This document shows, piece by piece, positions 8,590 to 15,869 of a stretch of 24,000 bases of DNA (the first letter of the stretch is position 1; each line of letters begins with the position of its first letter). The notes below the pieces were generated by a model. It had not been told where the DNA came from. It did no database searches and worked only from the letters and a program-made list of their open reading frames with translations. Location: positions 1 to 24,000 of the forward strand of contig DATCJW010000083.1 in the NCBI GenBank assembly GCA_036562595.1, given 5' to 3'. This DNA is from Haloplasmataceae bacterium. Lineage in GTDB: Bacteria; Bacillota_I; Bacilli_A; Haloplasmatales; Haloplasmataceae. The translations under genes were made by a program, and so were the position numbers.

Positions 8590-8778
8590 ATGAAAGCTTT
8601 CGTTGATAAAGATTTATGCATTGGTTGCGAACTTTGCTCGCAAATCGAACCTAATGTATTCCGGATGGATGATGATGGATTAGCCATCGCCATCGACGAA
8701 GAGCTATCAGAAGATCTTATCGCTACAGCGAAAGAGGCAGAAGAAAACTGCCCAACGGGAGCTATAACCGTCGACTAA
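8590..8778 (+). CDS. Small single-cluster ferredoxin ([4Fe-4S]/[3Fe-4S] type)
   Basis: MKAFVDKDLCIGCELCSQIEP...CPTGAITVD carries the C-x2-C-x2-C ... CP cluster motif. I prefer the ATG at 8590 (AAAGGA RBS) over the GTG at 8572 in the track. Confidence 0.85.
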   Translation: MKAFVDKDLCIGCELCSQIEPNVFRMDDDGLAIAIDEELSEDLIATAKEAEENCPTGAITVD

Positions 8779-8793
8779 TTTAGTAAGGATAAA

Positions 8794-8823
8794 AAAGGAA
8801 GAATGCCTGTTCTTCCTTTTTCA
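8794..8823 (+). terminator. Intrinsic terminator after the ferredoxin gene
   Basis: AGGAAGAA (8796-8803), loop TGCCTG, TTCTTCCT (8810-8817), then a T-run. Confidence 0.8.
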
Positions 8824-9011
8824 TTTTGATGGGATTTGTCATCATTCCGTAATGGAAATAAGCGTAACAGTCGTTAATCGATTCAGAAAGTTTTAAAGCA
8901 TTGGCCTGTTCATTTTCTGTAAAATGTTGTATAATAAAGTCGTATGGATTAAGATCAACCGCTGATACTATGGTTAGTATCAGTAAATAAAAAATAAAAG
9001 GAGGAATCGTG

Positions 9012-9446
9012 ATGAAAGAATTAATACAATTGCTAAACAAAGAAGTGGCGAACTTCGGTGTATTGTATACCAAGCTCCATAACTTCCATTGGTTTGTCAA
9101 AGGGACGAACTTCTTCCGCTTACACGATAAGTTTGAGGAGCTGTATAATGCGGTGACCAATTATTTTGACGATGTGGCAGAACGCATCCTTATGCTCGGT
9201 GATCGTCCTGTTGCGACTCTTAAAGAGTTTTTAGAGCTAGCGTCAATTGAAGAAGCCAAAGGTAATGAGACAGACGTCGATATGGTGAAAGCAACAATCG
9301 CTGATTTCAAGAAGGTTAATGATGAACTAAGGGAAGGTATTGAACTAGCGGAAAAACTCGGCGATGATGTCACCGCAGACCTCTTCACGGGCATTCGTTC
9401 CGAACTACAAAAGCATATCTGGATGCTTGAAACGTTCATTGCTTAA
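9012..9446 (+). CDS. dps: Dps family DNA-protection/ferritin-like protein
   Basis: LNKEVANFGVLYTKLHNFHWFVKGTNFFRLHDKFEELY...ERILMLG is the Dps ferroxidase-site region. AGGAGG at 8999-9004 sits 7 nt from the ATG at 9012. Confidence 0.9.
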   Translation: MKELIQLLNKEVANFGVLYTKLHNFHWFVKGTNFFRLHDKFEELYNAVTNYFDDVAERILMLGDRPVATLKEFLELASIEEAKGNETDVDMVKATIADFKKVNDELREGIELAEKLGDDVTADLFTGIRSELQKHIWMLETFIA

Positions 9447-9470
9447 TCCTTTATTTTATGAAAGGGATAA

Positions 9471-9505
9471 AAAGAGCACTGGCTAGTACCAGTGCCCTTT
9501 TTGTT
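9471..9505. terminator. Bidirectional terminator between convergent dps and tpx
   Basis: AAAGAGCACTGG (9471-9482), loop CTAGTA, CCAGTGCCCTTT (9489-9500). There is an A-run on the left and a T-run on the right. Confidence 0.8.
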
Positions 9506-9533
9506 ATGTGTCGGGTTTGATAAAATCCTATCT

Positions 9534-10031
9534 TCACGTGAGTGAGTTAACGAATTCGAGCAATGCGTCATAGTTCGGATGATTCGTCACTTCATCGACG
9601 TATTCGGCGTAAAGTACTTTATTCTGTTGGTCGATGACAAACACGGCACGCGTTTGGAGCCGATATTCCGACATTAAGGTACCAAAAGCATTCGCGAAGT
9701 CTAAGTCTTTATAGTCGCTAAGCGTAATGATCTGTTCAAGACCTGAGTTTCCACACCACCGAAGTTGTGCAAAAGGGAGATCATTACTGATGGTCAGCAC
9801 GACGAGATCTTTCCGTCTGGCCAGTTCTTGGTTTATTTTCCGCGTTTGAAAGTCGCAGACCCCAGTATCGAGAGAGGGAACAACGTTAATCACACGATAC
9901 TTGTAGGATCTATAGTCATCGAATTGAACGGGTTTTAAATCGGTATTTATGACGGTAAAGTTACGAACGACATCACCGACTCGCACTGGTTTTCCGACGA
10001 GGTGGACGGGGCGACCAGCAAAGCTTGGCAT
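9534..10031 (-). CDS. tpx: Thiol peroxidase (atypical 2-Cys peroxiredoxin)
   Basis: 165-aa ORF with the VVPSLDTGVCDFQTR peroxidatic-Cys motif and the resolving-Cys context LRWCG. AAGGAG RBS present. Confidence 0.9.
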   Translation of the reverse strand: MPSFAGRPVHLVGKPVRVGDVVRNFTVINTDLKPVQFDDYRSYKYRVINVVPSLDTGVCDFQTRKINQELARRKDLVVLTISNDLPFAQLRWCGNSGLEQIITLSDYKDLDFANAFGTLMSEYRLQTRAVFVIDQQNKVLYAEYVDEVTNHPNYDALLEFVNSLT

Positions 10032-10069
10032 GGTATTTCACTCCTTTTTGTGAATTGAAAGTTAACCTT

Positions 10070-10097
10070 ATTATAGTAATTTAATTAACGATGTCAA
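10070..10097 (-). promoter_or_regulatory. tpx promoter
   Basis: On the minus strand: TTGACA (10097-10092), a 16-nt spacer, then TATAAT (10075-10070). Confidence 0.6.
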
Positions 10098-10106
10098 AGA
10101 TAATGC

Positions 10107-10766
10107 TTAAAGGTAAAACACAAAATAATAAAACAAACTGGTCATCAAAGGCAAAAGGAGGTTATCGTGCCCAGCTGGAGAAAAGATTTCGATAAGCGTC
10201 GCGATGATACTGATGGATAGGGCGGATATCATGGCAAATGGTTGCTTAAAAAGAGTAAGAATAAGGAAGGTAACCAAAAATGATATGATAAACATCGCGA
10301 TTGAACCTTCGAGGGTCTTATTTCGGAAAATTTTACGATGCCCCCATTTGGTGCCGACGATGGCGGCGAAACCATCGCCATAACCAAGGATGAAAATCCC
10401 GATGGCTCCGATGAAGGGTTCATGGATGATCCCAAAACTAAACAGGACAAGAAAGGCCATCGCCAACGGATAGAGTACGAGACCATGGTTTTGGCTGGGT
10501 TTGCGTTCCATCGCTTCTAATAGTTTCAAATCACGAGCAATAATATTGGCGATGATGAAGGTGACAGGCGGAATCAAAGCGATGAACGTGCGATCGAAGT
10601 ATGCCATGGCGATGAGCCACCAATGGCTGATGGAGACATGGATAAATTTGCGATTGTACTCCCGTTTCATTCCCATCCTACTGAAGAGCTTAGAGAGTAG
10701 GAACAACGTGCCAACGAAGACATAGGAGAGGGCCAGCCCTTTCCATTCGTTCATGGTAGGGAGCAT
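10107..10766 (-). CDS. Polyprenol/phytol/dolichol-kinase-like membrane protein (CTP-transferase-1 superfamily, COG0170-like)
   Basis: 219-aa polytopic protein with NRKFIH and GYGDGFAAIVGTKWGHRKI...NKTLEGS motifs, characteristic of this kinase/cytidylyltransferase family. Confidence 0.65.
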   Translation of the reverse strand: MLPTMNEWKGLALSYVFVGTLFLLSKLFSRMGMKREYNRKFIHVSISHWWLIAMAYFDRTFIALIPPVTFIIANIIARDLKLLEAMERKPSQNHGLVLYPLAMAFLVLFSFGIIHEPFIGAIGIFILGYGDGFAAIVGTKWGHRKIFRNKTLEGSIAMFIISFLVTFLILTLFKQPFAMISALSISIIATLIEIFSPAGHDNLLLPLMTSLFYYFVFYL

Positions 10767-10882
10767 GTTAACACCTGCCCTTTATTCATACGATCCATCT
10801 GACGCTCTCGTCGTTGTTCTTATTGTATCACCTGACGGTCGTTTTAGACAATAGCCCTCTTTTGAACATAGCTTTTTTATCA

Positions 10883-10911
10883 TTGCATCTTTTTGGCATT
10901 ACTGTTATGAT
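10883..10911 (+). promoter_or_regulatory. Dedicated promoter of the ATPase-HEPN cassette
   Basis: TTGCAT at 10883-10888, a 17-nt spacer, then TGtTATGAT (extended -10) with TATGAT at 10906-10911. It lies about 40 nt upstream of the ATG at 10952. Confidence 0.55.
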
Positions 10912-10951
10912 GGAAGGGGAAAGGCTAAAATAAACGGAAGGGGGTTTTGGG

Positions 10952-12052
10952 ATGCTGGTTCAAATCGGCATATCGAACTATAAATCCATCGATGAGCGAA
11001 TCGTTCTTTCCTTATTAGCCACGAAGGAAGAACGCCATCCGAGCATTGTCCGCTCAGTGGGAGACTTGTCCCTTCTTCCCGTCGCTTTAATCGTAGGACC
11101 AAATGGGGCGGGGAAGTCAAACTTATTCCATGCCCTCCAACACATGCAGGATATCATCTTAAACACCGTTTCGCTTCCCTATTACCCGCATCACCTAAAT
11201 CCCAATGAAGAGACGGCCATCGATCTTCAGCTCATGCTTCAGGGGAGGCGCTATGCCTATGGCATCGCTTATAATGGGGAAAGCATCCTTGAAGAGTATT
11301 TTGCCGTAATTGAAAACGAGGAACCGATGGCCATCTTTGAGCGAGAAGGCGACACGGTTACGCTTTCGCACCAATCGGTCAAACTTCCTACTCATGAAAG
11401 TGCGGTTCATTTTCTTTCAGAAGGAGCGTCTGACGACATTCGGCTGTTTTACCAATTCGTTAAAAATCATCTCATCGTAGCCCTTGTCGATGAGGAAATT
11501 GAACAAGAAGAAGTATCGCAACTATTAAAAGAAAGCCAGTTACTCAAACAGGTACGAACCCTCTTAAAACGACTCGATATTGGACTAGAGGATCTTGTAC
11601 TAAAGGGGGATACCGTTTATGTTAAGTATCACGCCTTTCAGTTACCACTTGAAAACGAGTCGACGGGAACGCGGCGCCTTATCTATCTTTTAACGGTTAT
11701 TTGCGACGCATTAAGGGCGGGAAAAGTCATTCTCATCGATGAACTCGAGCGGAATATACATACAAACTTAACGACGACAATCATTCGATTATTTAATTCG
11801 GATATAACGAACCCGCAGAACGCCCAATTGATCTGTTCGAGCCACAATACGCACCTATTAGATCTCCAATTGTTGCGGCAGGATCAAATTTGGTTTATGG
11901 AGAAGGACTTCGAGCATTTGCGGACCGATCTTTACTCCCTTTATAACATTGAAGGGGTAATGGATGATGAGAACATCGAGTACGGCTATGTGAAGGGGAA
12001 GTACGGCGCTACGTTTAAAATTAATTTTACAGAGGTCATGAAGGATGATTAG
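10952..12052 (+). CDS. AAA_21/ABC-type (SMC-like) ATPase, candidate sensor subunit of a two-gene defence-like module
   Basis: 366-aa ORF with AAGGGGG RBS. N-terminal IGISNYKSID strand. Walker A GPNGAGKS (aa 49-56, nt 11096-11119), signature-like ESTGTRRL (aa 236-243), Walker B VILIDELE (aa 259-266) and H-loop CSSHNTHLL (H298). Confidence 0.85.
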   Translation: MLVQIGISNYKSIDERIVLSLLATKEERHPSIVRSVGDLSLLPVALIVGPNGAGKSNLFHALQHMQDIILNTVSLPYYPHHLNPNEETAIDLQLMLQGRRYAYGIAYNGESILEEYFAVIENEEPMAIFEREGDTVTLSHQSVKLPTHESAVHFLSEGASDDIRLFYQFVKNHLIVALVDEEIEQEEVSQLLKESQLLKQVRTLLKRLDIGLEDLVLKGDTVYVKYHAFQLPLENESTGTRRLIYLLTVICDALRAGKVILIDELERNIHTNLTTTIIRLFNSDITNPQNAQLICSSHNTHLLDLQLLRQDQIWFMEKDFEHLRTDLYSLYNIEGVMDDENIEYGYVKGKYGATFKINFTEVMKDD

Positions 12053-12749
12053 ACGCGATTTTGCTCTCGAGAATCGGGAGGTCAAAACCCGTAAGAAACG
12101 GCCCGTATCGCTTGAAACCGATGCTCTTGGGCTGATCGAACGGTTTCGAACATCGATAAGAAATATCGATGATCGCTTCCGTCTTTATCACGTTTTAATC
12201 GGCCAACGTCTTTATGAGGAGGCAGAGGATCTCCTACGCTTTCAGATTGTTTATTTAATGAGCGCCTTGGACTTCTTTATGCATGAGCTGTATAGCTACG
12301 GAATTCTAAAGATTTTCCAACATCAAAAGCGTAAAACTGAGCGCTACAAATCGTTTCGGGTGCCGCTGGAACTGGTGGAACAAGCCTTATTCGATGGTGA
12401 GAATATTCAGCACCACTTAAAAAAAATGATTACCGAAATCAACCAAACATTTACCTTTATGCATCCCAGTCGTATTAAAGAATTGCTTCATACTATTGGT
12501 TACGCCGATGCTTTTTCAAAAGCGCAACGGGTGCTGCGTAAAAAAGGCATTTTACGAGACGGTGAGGCCTTAGCGCCTCTATTAGAGAAGATCTACATTC
12601 GCCGAAATAAAATTTCGCACCAAACGGATATTGAGCATGGCGGTACTAATCGCCTATCCATTTCGTTGGAAGAGGTCAGGCATTACCGTGACGTCATTTT
12701 CCATGCCGTAGAGACAATTTATGAGACCGTTTGTCACGACATATCTTAA
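12045..12749 (+). CDS. HEPN-domain protein (predicted RNase effector), translationally coupled to the upstream ATPase
   Basis: 234-aa, mostly helical ORF. Its ATG at 12045 overlaps the ATPase stop (12050-12052) by 8 nt. The motif IYIRRNKISHQ gives R187-N-x3-H192 (nt 12603-12620) about 40 aa from the C-terminus, where the HEPN Rx4-6H motif normally sits. The N-terminus is basic (RREVKTRKKRP). Confidence 0.7.
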   Translation: MIRRDFALENREVKTRKKRPVSLETDALGLIERFRTSIRNIDDRFRLYHVLIGQRLYEEAEDLLRFQIVYLMSALDFFMHELYSYGILKIFQHQKRKTERYKSFRVPLELVEQALFDGENIQHHLKKMITEINQTFTFMHPSRIKELLHTIGYADAFSKAQRVLRKKGILRDGEALAPLLEKIYIRRNKISHQTDIEHGGTNRLSISLEEVRHYRDVIFHAVETIYETVCHDIS

Positions 12750-12753
12750 ATGC

Positions 12754-12780
12754 GAAAGAGGCTGATGCCTCTTTTGCTTT
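12754..12780 (+). terminator. Intrinsic terminator of the ATPase-HEPN cassette
   Basis: GAAAGAGGC (12754-12762), loop TGAT, GCCTCTTTT (12767-12775), followed by a T-rich tail. Confidence 0.75.
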
Positions 12781-12923
12781 ATTTGGCAAATTAGAGATGG
12801 GGACTTTTTCAACACTTGTTCATTTTGTGTTTCATAACTCTAATTTTTCCGAGCTAAGTATAAGTCGGCACATCTTGATGAACAATACATTATAGAGTAA
12901 AACGAAAAAAGAAGGAGTGGACT

Positions 12924-13520
12924 ATGGCAAAAGTATTGTTCATTAAAGCCAATCCAAAGGAAGTAGAAGACTCCAATACGTTTCAACTGGCCACTGCATT
13001 TTTAAACGAGTATAAAAAAATCAATCCTGATGATACCATTGATTTCATCGATCTGTATGAGGAAGAACATCTCACCTTTATCGACCAAAAAATGCTCCGA
13101 CAGATGTTAAGCGGAGAAGACAATGTCATGGCCCAGTACGCTAAGCACTTCACGGAGTACGATAAGTATGTCTTTGCAGCCCCGCTTTGGAATTTAAGCT
13201 TTCCTGCCATTCTAAAGGCCTACTTCGACTATATCAGCTATGCAGGCATTACCTTTAAGTATACGGAGCAGGGTTCCATCGGATTATTAAAAGACCGGCC
13301 ACGTAAGGCCATCTACATTACGAGTCGGGGCGGAGATTATACAACGGGCCCCTTAAAGGATTTAGGGGAGTTGTACATTCATACCCTCCTTAAGTTCTTT
13401 GGAATTGAACAAGTCGAGACGTTAGCCCTTGACAATACGAACGTTTTGGTTGGGGAGGCGCTTCAAAAGGCCCGAGAAGAAGCATACGAACGGGCTCGAG
13501 AAGTTGCTCATCGCTTCTAA
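12924..13520 (+). CDS. azoR: FMN-dependent NADH-azoreductase
   Basis: 198-aa ORF. MAKVLFIKANPK...STFQLATAFLNEYKKINPDD...FAAPLWNLSFPAILKAYFDYI matches the AzoR/AcpD flavodoxin-like fold family. GAAGGAG RBS present. Confidence 0.85.
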   Translation: MAKVLFIKANPKEVEDSNTFQLATAFLNEYKKINPDDTIDFIDLYEEEHLTFIDQKMLRQMLSGEDNVMAQYAKHFTEYDKYVFAAPLWNLSFPAILKAYFDYISYAGITFKYTEQGSIGLLKDRPRKAIYITSRGGDYTTGPLKDLGELYIHTLLKFFGIEQVETLALDNTNVLVGEALQKAREEAYERAREVAHRF

Positions 13521-13612
13521 TGGAGCTTCATGATTAATAACAAAACGCCTAAAATGATGTTCCTGCTATAAATATAATGTGTGTCATTCAATAAAATAGC
13601 ATAAACGAAAAG

Positions 13613-13646
13613 GTAGACCAACGGTAATCGGGTCTACTTTTGTTTT
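13613..13646 (+). terminator. Intrinsic terminator downstream of azoR
   Basis: GTAGACC (13613-13619), an 11-nt loop, GGTCTAC (13631-13637), then TTTTGTTTT. Confidence 0.7.
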
Positions 13647-14013
13647 AGCACCCATTAATTTAGGGCTAGATGTATCATGACAGATTATCGAAAAAAGGAA
13701 GAGTGTAATTCTTGTCTGTTTGGGATGATCCTTGCGGATGTTCACTCTGTCGATACCTGTCGAACGATTTTTCAAAAAAATTTTTCCGCCTTTTTCCACA
13801 CATTGTGGACAAAGGTGTTAATAAATAAAAACCGTATACAAACGATAACACACCCAATTGTGAATAACTTAGGCCATTTTTGTTTTTTTACACAATGCGA
13901 CACGGTTTTGACAAAAATAAGCACAGAGATTATGACACCCTTCGACAATCCGAGCAAATTATAATAAGATTCAACAAAAGCCAACAGCTAAAAAATACAA
14001 AATTTTACAAAGG

Positions 14014-14484
14014 GTGAGGAAATTGAAACGAGTAAAAATGAGTCAACTGATCGTGGACCACGTCATGTTGGTCTACTTGCACGACCTTCTATCGTTGCGG
14101 GAGAAGGACGAACACTTTTATCAAAGCGACGTGTACCGCGTTTTAACAGAACCCGCACTAGTGACGGTGGTGTTAGGCCTACGTAAAAGCATGATGTTGT
14201 CCTTTGGGCTTTTGTCTTATATCTTCTTCTTAAAGTGGGCGTACCGGTCCATGGGCTGGACATGGCAATGGATAGGCATTGGCCTTTTCGTCCTACTTTA
14301 TTGGGTGGTCTTCACCTTCATTCGGCGTGAAGTCAAAGAGATGCAATACCAGTTTCAATTGAAACGCGCAGCGAAATATGCATTGGAACACTTTGACTAC
14401 AAGGAATTCGTTATCTTCCTCGATCAATATTTAAGTGTCAAATCATCAAAAGTATATTTTGAAGAAAAAGCCTATCACACATAA
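14014..14484 (+). CDS. Hypothetical membrane protein
   Basis: ORF with two or three hydrophobic segments (ALVTVVLGL, LSFGLLSYIFFL, IGIGLFVLLYWVVFTF). The start is ambiguous: GTG 14014, TTG 14023 or ATG 14038. I recognise no family. Confidence 0.5.
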   Translation: MRKLKRVKMSQLIVDHVMLVYLHDLLSLREKDEHFYQSDVYRVLTEPALVTVVLGLRKSMMLSFGLLSYIFFLKWAYRSMGWTWQWIGIGLFVLLYWVVFTFIRREVKEMQYQFQLKRAAKYALEHFDYKEFVIFLDQYLSVKSSKVYFEEKAYHT

Positions 14485-14518
14485 AAAATCACAAGAGAGG
14501 AATCTCTTGTGATTTTTT
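14483..14518. terminator. Bidirectional terminator between convergent genes
   Basis: Perfect 16-bp stem AAAAAATCACAAGAGA (14483-14498), loop GGAA, TCTCTTGTGATTTTTT (14503-14518). Confidence 0.85.
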
Positions 14519-14519
14519 A

Positions 14520-15248
14520 TTATGCAAACTGAAGCGACTCTGAAAAATTGGCGTGATCGTGTTCCAGCTTTTTGGTGAATCCGTTCATGTAATATAAGGC
14601 ATCGATTGAAAGGGATTGGGCAAACTCATTAAGTGGTTTTAAAAGCCGATTTCCTAGGCTCCCCTTGGTGTAGTAGGTGACTTGATCGATAAACAAAAGC
14701 TTTTGATTGCGAAAAGCGGCGATGATGCCGACGGGTTCGTCCCCTTCATTCACTTGCAAGTAACACGGCTTAAGCACATCATAGGTTTCTACGGGCCCCT
14801 TCTCATAAAGGGTATAGAAGAGATCCCGTTCCTCCGGGGTTGGCGTGTTACTGCACGTGTAAGGATGGGTAAAGGCAAGAGGTTGGATCGCGTCAATGCG
14901 GAGTCGATAGAAGCTATAGGGTCGGTGTTGTACGGTATATTCGTCGTAACGTTCAAAGCGGTTGTTTCGTAAAATGTGCTTAATGTATTGGATATGAGTC
15001 CCCATCAAGAGTTGTCTGATAGATGTTTTTTGGAGTTCTCGTATCACTTCATGCAATAATATCGAGCCAAAACTGAAACCCCGAATCTGCGGGTTTAGCC
15101 AAAAACGGCTGATGTAAGCATTGGTCCGCTGGACGTCGACCGAAATACCACCCAATACCTCTTCCTTTGGTCCTTTTATGAGGACGACCATCTCCTCTGC
15201 CATTGGAGATGTTATATTATTTTGAGTAATTGTGATGATCGGAATCAA
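14520..15248 (-). CDS. Hypothetical protein with GNAT-like acetyl-CoA motif(s)
   Basis: 242-aa ORF. LNPQIRGFSFGSILLHEVIRELQ resembles GNAT motif A (Q/R-x-x-G-x-G/A). A weaker second copy is YYTKGSLGNRLLKPLNEFA. The TTG start at 15248 is uncertain. Confidence 0.4.
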   Translation of the reverse strand: MIPIITITQNNITSPMAEEMVVLIKGPKEEVLGGISVDVQRTNAYISRFWLNPQIRGFSFGSILLHEVIRELQKTSIRQLLMGTHIQYIKHILRNNRFERYDEYTVQHRPYSFYRLRIDAIQPLAFTHPYTCSNTPTPEERDLFYTLYEKGPVETYDVLKPCYLQVNEGDEPVGIIAAFRNQKLLFIDQVTYYTKGSLGNRLLKPLNEFAQSLSIDALYYMNGFTKKLEHDHANFSESLQFA

Positions 15249-15425
15249 CCCCTCTATTTACGTTTGGTTACGTATAATTTACCAGAAAAATGTCGTTTTG
15301 TATAGCTTTTATTAGAAAAAGTTAAATTTTTCTAAAATGAAACAAAACAAGTCCTTCTTTATTTTCTTTATTCTCAGGTTGTGATATGATGGACTATAAT
15401 ATAGGGACAAATGGGTGAGAAAACG

Positions 15426-15806
15426 ATGAAAGATATTGACTTGCTGCCAAAAAAATGGCGCCAACTTTCGATTAGCCAAGACGAGATTGTGGTCCCCTAT
15501 GAGGCCTCCTATCCGATTCTAGACTTCTTCCGTATGAAAGGGTATGCGGCGCTTGGATGTGAGGTCCTACACGTATCCGAAACGGAACACATAGAAATTC
15601 GTACATTCATTAGCTATTTTCCTGATGCGATTGTATGGGAAGAATTTGTCAATGATGCCTATCATCAAGTTCGAAATTTTTTAGAACAGACCTATAAAGA
15701 ACTTCTCTATGGCGAGGAAGAACTAGACGACATCTACGTTCTGCTGACGTTTGTCAATCGACAGGAGTTTGAGACGTATTACTATGACTTTATAGCAGTG
15801 GACTGA
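15426..15806 (+). CDS. Hypothetical acidic cytoplasmic protein
   Basis: ORF with good coding appearance. I prefer the ATG at 15426 (GGGTGAG RBS, 6-nt spacer) over 15411. I recognise no family. Confidence 0.5.
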   Translation: MKDIDLLPKKWRQLSISQDEIVVPYEASYPILDFFRMKGYAALGCEVLHVSETEHIEIRTFISYFPDAIVWEEFVNDAYHQVRNFLEQTYKELLYGEEELDDIYVLLTFVNRQEFETYYYDFIAVD

Positions 15807-15869
15807 CCTGGCAGATACTTAAAGTTGTGATCGCATCGGTTCATGTAGAGGTTTCCGATAAGGGGAGTT

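Noticed and set aside
8484-8693. 69-aa minus-strand ORF over the ferredoxin promoter and 5' end
   Set aside because: It overlaps a consensus promoter and the ferredoxin CDS, and I see no family resemblance.
8780-9439. Minus-strand ORFs of 126 aa (8780-9160) and 92 aa (9161-9439) opposite the dps region
   Set aside because: They cover the ferredoxin terminator, the dps promoter and the dps CDS. The 92-aa product is Ser-rich and low in complexity, whereas Dps on the plus strand is unambiguous.
10229-10725. Alternative-frame ORFs within or opposite the polyprenol-kinase-like gene
   Set aside because: These are shadow frames of a membrane-protein gene that carries clear family motifs.
10905-11410. 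Minus-strand ORFs (71, 62 and 71 aa) opposite the ATPase gene and its promoter
   Set aside because: They are antisense to the ATPase ORF, which has an intact Walker A motif. One of them spans the predicted promoter and RBS. I see no support for a hidden antisense antitoxin-like gene.
13530-13571. 13-codon mini-ORF (MINNKTPKMMFLL) just after azoR
   Set aside because: It is too short, its GGAG-like RBS overlaps the azoR stop only by chance, and nothing suggests a leader-peptide function.
13758-13777. cre-like (CcpA) sequence TGTCGAACGATTTTTCA
   Set aside because: The central CG is out of register with the cre consensus TGWAANCGNTNWCA, so it is not a convincing match.
13584-13984. Four mutually overlapping ORFs (60-95 aa) in the azoR-downstream gap
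   Set aside because: None has a Shine-Dalgarno, and the sequence is AT-rich. The translations are Cys/Phe/Lys-rich without domain-like patterns. The region is treated as non-coding (see finding).
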